From positions 58,776,001-58,840,000 of the forward strand of contig CM060733.1 of NCBI GenBank assembly GCA_030704615.1: a DNA stretch of 64,000 nucleotides, written 5' to 3'. Below the pieces are notes generated by a model, which searched no databases, was not told the DNA's origin, and worked only from the letters and a program-made list of their open reading frames with translations. Origin of the DNA: Takakia lepidozioides. Lineage: Eukaryota > Plantae > Bryophyta. The stretch's first letter is position 1, and each line of letters begins with the position of its first letter. Positions 54,856 through 64,000 of this stretch are shown here, in pieces. The position numbers and the translations under genes were made by a program.

Positions 54856-57170
54856 ATGTTGAGGACCTTGTTACAAGAGGGTATGACGTTGGATTTTTTT
54901 TATTACCCGGCTTTAGGGCATGAGCTACGTAAGGAGCTCATCTTGTATCTCACAGATTCATATATGAATGATGCTAGGAACACATCTGCCCACATCTTTT
55001 GCAAATTCATAGAGAATTCTGTTATCGGAGGTGGTGTGGCATCGGTACCAAAAGTTCGAGAGCTTTTCGATTACCCTGCAGCAGAGCTCATCCTTTCTCC
55101 ATCGTTGAAACATGATTTACTAAAGATGCTCACCAACCTCATCAACCAGCAGAGATGGTACGAATGACACACTCGTTTTCTATGTAAATCTTTTCCCTGA
55201 AAGATATTCTTATGAAGAAAACCTGGGGAGCTGACGAGGCTGAAGGGGGAGCTGACGATGAAGCATCAACATCATCGGGCTTTAATGGAGATGATCTGCC
55301 TGGTGAAGTACTTTCGAAATTTTCTGGTAGGTAGTCATTGATGTAGGCTGGATGACTTAAACCTTCTAAGTCTTATTTTGTCTTGGTTTATTTCCTTGTG
55401 TGGTAATTCTTGATGTTGACATTACTTGATAGCTCTGAGGACGATTCTCTGTTTTTGTGGAGCTCTGGCATCGGGAGTACTTTGTCTCTCCGTATGAAAA
55501 TTTTGCTTAATCTATGTTTTTGAAGCTAAGCTTCATGGCCTCTTTGGGTGAAGTATTAGGATTTGATGCACTGTGAAGGCAAGGCAACATATGTAGATGG
55601 ATTTTTTGCTTACATGTATAATGCAATAATAGTCAATCATGTTCTGGAATTGCAGTTGCTGACGTACGTATCACATGATACATCCAAAGTGGTTATTCGT
55701 AAAGAACAGGCTGCCACTTAATTGGTTTTTTAGGACAATTTCTCCAGAGTGATCGACTAACAAATAGCAGCTCGAAGATCGTCTGACCCCAGTTCGATTA
55801 TGTATCTGTTGGAATCAGATTTTCGCAAAATAGTACATGAGGAGCTTATGCACCGTTTTCGAAAAACTGCATTGAAGAATATTCCAAGCTATTCCAAGCC
55901 ATGGCCAGGATTGTGCACCTCCAGTGACATAGTCAGTTTCAAATTTCAGCATTGTTGGCTTAGTGGCTGTTGTAATTTTTTCCTTGAATTCCTCAAGTTA
56001 GCGTTTCTATCAATTTTTGCTCACGTTTTGTCATCCGGAAGGGAGAGCTTGTTTATCATCTCAGAGTCTACCGTTTTCAGTGTGAGAGAACTCTTGTTGG
56101 GTAATATTGTAACAATCAAACCTAGTTGACTACAAGGATGACTTACATAGATGCAGGAGATACTGAGGAGCTGCAACAAATATCTTTTGTCTTCTGTGAT
56201 GTAATCTTTCTTTTTGCAGCACTAAATGATTTTCATCAAAATCAACTGATAAGTTGTGTTGCAAAAAGCCAATTGTTCTTCAGAAAGATGAATGGTTGCA
56301 TCAGTCAAGTGGCTTAATCCACTATGCTATGAAGCCCATATTTCAGGGCAAACCTTGTTGAAGAGTAGGCTTACAAAACCTTCGAGTAAGAGCTAATCAC
56401 CAACTGGGCTCTTGATCCGGAAGGTGGATGACCAAAAGCATCTTGCCTCACAAAATTGGGTTACTTCATGCATAATAATTATAATATTATATTCAATAAT
56501 AATAGTATTGATTTAGTGAGTAGAGTTGTGAACATATTTTGACCCTAGAAGAGCAACGACGCCGATAGGCCACAGAACCAAGCAATTGAAACGCGAGGAG
56601 GCAGTGGCTAGTGACTGGGGCATGTGCCATGCAGAATTGAAACTTAGCGTTGGCTTCATGTGCTTTCTTATGCTACATAGCCAACAATCCAATATTCAAC
56701 TTCTAAAAGACGTCCACCGTTTTTAGATCAAATCATGAGCTTTCAATAGGCGGAGGTGACAAGGTTGGATCAATTTTGAACCTTAGGTGGTGGGGCTGGA
56801 TCAGCAATACTAGCGACATATCCGTGTGTTGAAGGGCGCAGTTGTACACCATGACTTCCTTAGATTTTGTGTCGGACCTCTACACAAAAGAGAACACACA
56901 GTCACCCAACAGGTAAAACATGACACCTTGATATACATATGTGAAGCTTTAAAAAACCTTCTCTTGTCATTGGCTCGGGCAAAATTGTTGGTGTTTATGG
57001 GGCAAATCTGAATTTTTACCAGATGGATACTATAACATTGACCTTGATCATGTCATCAAGGCACCACACCCTTTACTTGCTTGTAATGTAGAGGTTTTCA
57101 AAGATTACAGAAATTGGGATGACTTGGTCGGCTCGACAATTCTATGGAACTTCAAGTTCTTGAACATTGT
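54856..57170 (+). pseudogene. Decayed coding relic, possibly a CACTA/En-Spm accessory (TnpA/Tnp1-like) ORF
   Basis: Broken ORFs with intron-like segments; LPDGYYNIDLDHVIKAPHPLL...DDLVGSTILW (~57015-57150) resembles the C-terminal Tnp1/En-Spm-associated motif. Confidence 0.3.
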
Positions 57171-57282
57171 GATGATGTCTTGATGATGTTGATGTCTTGG
57201 CATGAGAATGTGCCTATTGGATATGGTTGCACAGCAGAAATTTGAACTAACTACATCTCTATGACGCATATGATAAATTGGA

Positions 57283-57370
57283 TTTTATTTTGTTTTTTTG
57301 TTTTTGGATGAACAGGGGACTGTGCCCTGTGATTAACTTTATTTGGGATTATTAGAGGGGAAATTTTTGA
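57283..57370 (-). mobile_element. Severely 5'-truncated L1 tail
   Basis: Minus strand AATAAAGTTAATCACAGGGCACAGTCCCCTGTTCATCC plus an A-rich tail, homologous to 35276-35330. Confidence 0.7.
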
Positions 57371-57619
57371 TAATTCCATTATCAACAATGTTGTCATATT
57401 TTGATACCATGTAATCTTTGCAAAACAATGTTTTGTACAGATATCAAAACTGCTGGCACTGATTGATATAAAAAATATTTTGAGATATTACAAAAAGTTT
57501 ATTAAATAATATATTACCTAAAAAATGATATATTTTTACTCTAGTACAGTAAATTATAGTTATTAAAAAATAAATGTCTCATTAATTCACAGTAAAACTC
57601 TCCACCCTAATTGGTGTGT

Positions 57620-57621
<2 letters not shown>

Positions 57622-57652
<31 letters not shown>
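57622..57652. repeat. (TA)n microsatellite
   Basis: About 15 TA units. Confidence 0.95.
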
Positions 57653-57654
<2 letters not shown>

Positions 57655-60083
57655 TAATTGTTTGTTTCACTAGGGTGCATGGAATTCTATAAAAGTGTCA
57701 CTATTTCACAATAAAACTATGTAACCTAAATAGTGAAATGGTATAAATATAAAATATATATTTCACTATATATAGTGATTTCCATTTACTAAACCCTAGA
57801 TTCATCACTCATTCATAATAAACCCCTACACCCTAAAAGTGTATACTCTTTGATATAGCGTAGTTGTTGTTTGCCTCACTACTTACAGTCAACTATTTTA
57901 CTAATTATAGTCATAATATCATAGAACCAATAACCATACTACTAAAAAATTTATAAATCCACCATTCAATGAATTTTATAGTACTTCATTTAACTACATA
58001 TTGTAATATTATACCAAAAATATTCCATAGTCTTACCAACGTGAGAAAAAATAAATACTACAATTAATATATTTCTAGCATTTCAATGTATATTCACTGG
58101 TCCCAATTACATCTGATCATGATAAATGTATTGATAATCACTTAACCTACTTTATTGCAATAAAAGTACTTACACATCCTTGACGATGTGGATTTCACTG
58201 TTCCATTCACTATCAGAACATGTGAGAACCGTTTGACTACTTGTTGAAACAACTTGACCGATGTAACTAGGCGTCAGACTTGTTTGACTGTGGAGGGTGA
58301 GGCTAAAACTGTCACAAACAACTAGAAAAACAGTCAAATGGAGAGTCAAAAAATACATATCATGTTGTAGTATATAATTAAGAATATTCTATTTGGACAA
58401 ATGTCCCACCCAAGGTTTTTTTTTTCATTTAAGAACTTGAGCCATGTTGGTTCATGGCTGGCCTATGAGGAAGATCAATTGGCGACTCTGTGGCATGTGA
58501 TCTCGAACCGGTGGCTACTGTCAAGAATGTTTGATGAGTTTTATGCGAACTCGACTCATGTAGTGTTCGGTTTGTGGGAGCGACAAGGGAGGTAATTTTT
58601 TTCTGAGTAACAACGACACTGGATATTGCAAAGCATGTGGTTGAGCAAAAATACCCTCCGGAGGAATTGACCCTCAGCCACAAAGACTCTGCCCACTGCA
58701 GCACAAGGCGGGACCTACACAAGCAAACCACGTTAGTGTACAAGAACAATCATAAATGAAAAAAACACCTGGAACACCTTAAAAGTTTCATGCAGATTAG
58801 AACAAGGCAAAGAAGCCATGGAAACAAAGGCAACCAGCCTAGCACAACTCTCTCACATGGATACAATCCATTGACAAATATGACTAGTCTTGTCCAACAT
58901 CAGCAATTCTGCTCAAAGCCTCATGTGCCAATGCAAGAGGCGGTGCATGACACGGATACTAGGCGGATAAGCAAAACCTAAGAGTTCCCTCCATAGCTCG
59001 ATCCCTTGGCGAAAGCGGAAAGAGTTTGAACCCAAGGCTTTGCTCCTTGCGTTGGCAGGGTGGTAGGATTTCTAGAAATCGATAGGCAAGATCATCTGGA
59101 TCTAACGAACCCGAATGACATGTGGCTCTTTCCCTATGCGACAGCTATACAGGCGGTGTTCTCATTGCAGCAACATGATGGCATTAGGGAGGGCAGTAAT
59201 GCGAAACAGTGTCATATTTTAACCCATAATTCCTTTGTAGATTTTGTGAGGCCAGTTTCTTCCTTGAAAAGTGACGAAATTTCGCGCATAAAAAAAATGC
59301 TGGTCCCACCAAAACCAATAATGTATATATGGGACTATTGAATTGTATTGGGTTTACTGTTTTTAAACTACCTAGTCATAATATATTTTCAAGTAATGGT
59401 TCAATTACAAAAATAAATAAATAATAAAAATAAACTTGTATTGGTGAAGCCTTAATTACGTTATTAGTCATTTATTTTGCACACAGTATAATTTTTTTGA
59501 CATGATTCTTATTCAATTGTATCCCAATACCTCAATCCAATTGGATCTAAGATGGAATTCTCCATGTTTGATGTTTTTCAATTTGCCACATGTATTGCTA
59601 AACAATTGCCCTTGTTTCTTGATCAAAACAGCCGCCTACAGTATGTCATCCTAGTTAGAACCCACAAAGATGGGCTGAGAAAGGAAAATTATATTGTAGG
59701 GAAGTATGCCTAACTGTAGACACCAAACAAACAAAGAACACTCCAGCCCACTAACACCTTTCCCATGCATGTTTTCCAATCTTCACAGATATGAGTCAAT
59801 GACAGTGGTCACTAAATACTCGACTGCCTTCACGAGAGACTTGCAAATAAAAATTAACACATACTTTTATAAAATTCTTATAATTACATGCGTGAAGAGG
59901 TGAGAGACCCCATTATAAGCTGAGTTGGTTGTGCTTTGTAAGCTACCAATCAAACTTAGTTACGCATGCATAAACTTAATTATTGAATATAATTGCATGC
60001 ACTAAAATTTCAGAAATACACTTGTTGAAACCATGATTCGGCACAAGTCCGATCTACGAAATACTACTCTGATTGTTGCATTC

Positions 60084-60338
60084 TCAACAGCTGCAAGTTT
60101 CAGGAGGATCATCCACTTTACATTCAATAGGGATAATCATATTTGTGTATATTGGGCCTCTTTTGTGAGCAATAAGCACCTCATCTTGGTGCTGAATCTA
60201 CTTCGAGGCAGGACATGTAATGAGACTCCGTCTAGAGGTAGATCGGACTTTGATAGCCGTGGCATACTCGATGTGGAGTGCAATGACAAAAGCTACCACG
60301 ACCAATATGATCCGTATAATTCCATTGAGGCGCTCCAT
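60084..60338 (-). pseudogene. Putative small secreted Cys-containing peptide precursor with one in-frame TAG
   Basis: MERLNGIIRIILVVVAFVIALHIEYATA signal-like peptide, RRSL motif, TAG at 60198-60200, frame continues to ...CKVDDPPETCSC*; TATATATA upstream near 60549-60556. Confidence 0.45.
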
Positions 60339-61369
60339 GCTTTCGGGGCAAAATCTCAAGTGAATGAGGTCTTTTGTTTCTCGAAGCAAATGAAGAGACA
60401 ATGACAATAGATGGGATGGGAGAAGATGAGATATATACTCTCAATAAACTATAATTGTATACTATTGGACTTATTACATATTTAGAAATTTTGTTTTTGT
60501 TTTTGTTTTTTTGAACAACCATCAACTAGGACAAAAAGGTTGGCAGGTTATATATAGCCTGAAATTAGCTTCACCGGATTTTTTTACCTGCTAATATATG
60601 ATAAAAATAACACTATGCATTTAGTTCAAAACACAATGTTATGACCAAGTTTAACCCTTAACTTCTCACCATGTACGTTTTGTCACTCCCAAAAACTACT
60701 ACCCCTTAGAAGACAGGTGGGAATGCCCACCTACCAACATTCATTCACAAAAATTGACCATACACGTATATACCTACCTGGCCTCTACATCATCTCTCCG
60801 AATTTTAGGGAAATTCACCGTTGAATTTGAGAGATTATAGTGTTTTTTTTTTAGCATTTTGTTTTGTTTTGTTTTGTTTGGAAAAAAGTATTTATTTGCA
60901 TTGACCCAGCATGTTGAGGGATTTTTTTGAATTTTCCAAAAGGGTATCCCAAACTTTCATAATGTATGGTGCAAAGGCTAAGTGTATGCCAAATTTCTCA
61001 TCAAACCAACATTTTATTGCATATGCTGCTTTGTATGTGTTCTGGTGAGGGTTGACATAATTACCATCCCTAAGAAGCACATTCAGACCTGAAGCTTTCG
61101 TCCAAAACATGCCATCCCAAAAACCATATTGCACAAATCCCTTTGGTGGGAGGGGTTGTCTTACAATACCCATAAGCAGTAGGTACAATCAATTTTGGTA
61201 GGATCCATCGAAAAAAATCAAAATTCAAATAGATTGAAGTCATTGGCCCGAGAATGGGTTACTCCAATAGACACTTCAAGCAACAAATAAAAGGGTCAGG
61301 CTATCCCTTACCCACAACTTTGAAACTTATCCTAAGTAGGAGCTAAAGTACACATCACATGAGATATGG

Positions 61370-61525
61370 ATGTCTGACTTTTGCAATTTTGGGGGACGAG
61401 TGTGGCCCAATGAAGTGTTTCAACTTTCCAATCAACTCCCCTCCACCCAACAAATTTCTGACCCACCCATCATGGGATTGGGCTACAGGTGGAGTCTTGA
61501 CTTTGTAGGGCCGTTGTCATTGACG
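61370..61525 (+). mobile_element. Tiny Ty3/gypsy integrase fragment
   Basis: PPIMGLGYRWSLDFVGPLSLT, the start of an integrase core. Confidence 0.75.
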
Positions 61526-61814
61526 ATGCGTCCCTGTAGAAAAATGTGGAGGTCGTATGCCTGCTCCAAACGATATGCAATCAATTGGAGCACGTGTGCA
61601 TGCCCAAAAGGAATGAATGTCAAAAAACTTCATTGCAAAAGTTAGGATGGTTCCTCCAAACTGCACGACCTGAAATGGGTCACATAGGAAGTTATAGGTT
61701 AAGTATCTACCACCAATTGTAGGAAAACCAACAATTTCAAATTTCATCCTATTTTTATTTTTAATATGTATGATTTTGCCAGTTTGGGATTATACCAAAA
61801 TTAGAAAGAAGAAA

Positions 61815-64000
61815 CGGAGGGAGCGATGTGAGCTCTGCGTTTCGCGGTGAGAGAGGCTGTGAGAGAGAGAGTCGTTCAACGGTTCCCTGCCCCATACATC
61901 CTTGCTTTTGAGCTCCTCAAGCACCAGGTCACAGCCTGCAAGTTCTAATTGCTCAGTCCTGCTAAAGACGATTACAGAGAGCTATTAATCATTCAAAACA
62001 ATTTTTTTTCATTTCAGCAGCTTTCAGCTTCAGCGTCTTCTGGCTTACTCAACCTCGCTTACACCCATGCTATGAGCTCCAAAGGCTCTGATACTCAACC
62101 TGTAAGCTCCCTAAATCTCCCCACCTTTTCTTGGCATTAATAGTTTTTCCAAGGTCCAAAGTAATCAGAGGTTTTCTCATCGAGGCCTCTCTTAGGTTTC
62201 CGGGCCTCTCTCCCGAACCTCCCCTAGTGGATCCCAAGCCTTTCGCTCCTAACCTCGGCCCAGACCTGTCGCCATCATCACCACTTGACGTAATGAAAAT
62301 GAAATGCGCTAACTCCTCATCCGAGCTCCTCCCCCACCTCGTACCAGCTTGTATCCACCACGCTTAACGAAAACAACCCTTCATCCCTCCTCGACCACAT
62401 CTGAGCCAATAATCTCACAGCCTCATGATCCTCCACCTCCATTAACTCCAGCCGCCAAGCCCTGTACCTCTGACTATCACCATTCATAACTGGTCCCTCG
62501 CCCACGCAACACCTAAGGGGTGCTGGAGAGACAACTCATAGCTCGCTCACGTTTCCAGCCCTCTCTGCTTTCTTCCCAGCTCATGGCGACCTCTAACAAC
62601 TGCTACCTCGTATAATCCAATACATTTTCTGCTTGCTTTTCAGCCCCTGGCTACCTCTAACAACTCCCAGCCCTTGGCTACCTCTAACTGCTCGTAGAAT
62701 CCCAAGCATTTTCTGCTCGCTGGATTCTCCTCGCATCCTCAAAATCCTCCCTCAATTTTCATCTTTGGCAGCTCATCTCCCTCCCTCCCTCACTCTCTCC
62801 GGGTCTTCCATACCTCTTCCCCCTAAATCCTCTCACTTCTCTTCCATATAATGGGCCCCTCGGGAAGCAGGCCCCTTAGGGGATCATCCTCAAGCAAGAC
62901 CCACCACCCTCACTCCAGGCTGCCAGCCATCCTTATACCCTAGCCATCCTCTGGCACCGGGTTTTTTTCTGGTGCATCAATTCCTCACGAGCAACCACCC
63001 ATCGGCATTCCGCTCACTTCCATCTGTTGGCTCTCCCCGCTCTCTCGATACGCCAGGCAGCGAGGACACCAACCTGTCAGCCAATTCACAGTCAGAGGTA
63101 AACAGAACCCAGCAGTATGATCACCTCCAGGACATCGCCAGGCTCCAGCTTGCTATGAGCAAAAACACATCGACTGTCAAGGTAGACGTGTCCCACCTCA
63201 AAGGGCACATGTCGGAAACTCAAGGGCGTGGGGTGCTCTTGCACTTCCCTAGCAAGAAAGTGGATCGGGCCTCCGCCCGAGATTGGGCTATCACGCACTT
63301 GGGAGGCACAGGGGACATAACCCAACAGTTCTGTCACACCAAAGGCAAAGGATTCTACTCTATCATGCTTCACTCGAAGGAAGCGGCAGACAAGGCCCTC
63401 TCCTTCAATCCACACCTTCAAGGACACAATGTCAATATTTCGCCATGGACGCAAGCATTGGGGAATCGGAATGGCAAGGTATGGGCACCAAGGATCATTA
63501 CTCTACCATACATCCCCGACCAGTATTTATTCTTTCTTGAGAACCCGGCTTGGAAAAACACCACCATCGTCTCCAGGTTCAATGATTGGGGTTGTCCAAA
63601 AAATGTAGTGGCAATGCCAGCAGATGCCACCTGCCGGAATTCATTCGGTTACCTATTGATGAGGAGGGGAATTTCTTCTCGGTTAAAGTGACTGAAGACA
63701 CCTCTGCTACTGCCTGCTACATCTGCGGCCAAACGAGTCACATGAGAATTGACTGTCCTAAATCCAAAAGAAATAGGGCAGCCTTATCAGTGGGTACCCC
63801 TGTCAGCCAAACAGCACAACCCACGGATCCAAGGGCTCTCAATCCCACGAGACACCTCAATATTTCTTCTGCACGTGGGATTATCAATCTACCTCAGCAA
63901 GAACCTCAATTCAATTGGGATTCCTTCCTGCAGCGTTCATCCTCTCTTGTCTACAAAAAAAGGAAGAGCTATACGGACCCAATGCTATGCGAGGCGGGCC
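61815..64000 (+). mobile_element. 5' part of an L1-type LINE (ORF1, degenerate), running off the window end
   Basis: DUF4283/RRM-like KGKGFYSIMLHSKEAADKALSFNPH...NISPW, followed after a frameshift by the zinc knuckle CYICGQTSHMRIDC (~63715-63756); 5' boundary approximate. Confidence 0.8.

Noticed and set aside
58208-60842. CACTA element bounded by CACTATCAGAA and ...TATAGTG
   Set aside because: The TIR match does not extend beyond a few bases and the 3-bp flanks differ (ATT vs TTT)

Overview
Nuclear DNA of a land plant, probably a non-seed plant such as a bryophyte. The evidence is GT-AG introns, PLS-type PPR fragments, a moss-style Ty3/gypsy integrase motif (PIMGLGYRWSLDF) and a CRE-clade retroelement. 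Five apparently intact multi-exon genes can be built: an SMP-family LEA gene (-), mitochondrial FtsH4 (-), HDA9 (+, head-to-head with FtsH4), an XS-domain protein (-, 5' end uncertain) and the plastoglobule kinase ABC1K1/PGR6 (+). Most of the rest is transposon-derived. It includes gypsy integrase relics, a complete but disabled PIF/Harbinger element (25-bp TIRs, TTA TSD, transposase plus trihelix/Myb ORF), a tRNA-derived SINE with an 11-bp TSD in a FtsH4 intron, several L1-type LINE copies and a nearly full-length CRE/SLACS-clade non-LTR element. Smaller relics include a probable solo LTR and CACTA/hAT/RTEX-like fragments. The most notable observations are: the CRE element and its pseudoknot-capable 5' leader; a shared AATAAAG-CAGGG-loop-CCYTG 3' stem-loop on four retroelement ends; a 1.1-kb inversion bounded by a perfect 25-bp inverted duplication that separated an L1 from its tail; a structured FtsH4 intron segment containing CTAAACCCT; and a cryptic small secreted Cys-peptide gene interrupted by one stop. 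All assignments were made by eye without database searches.
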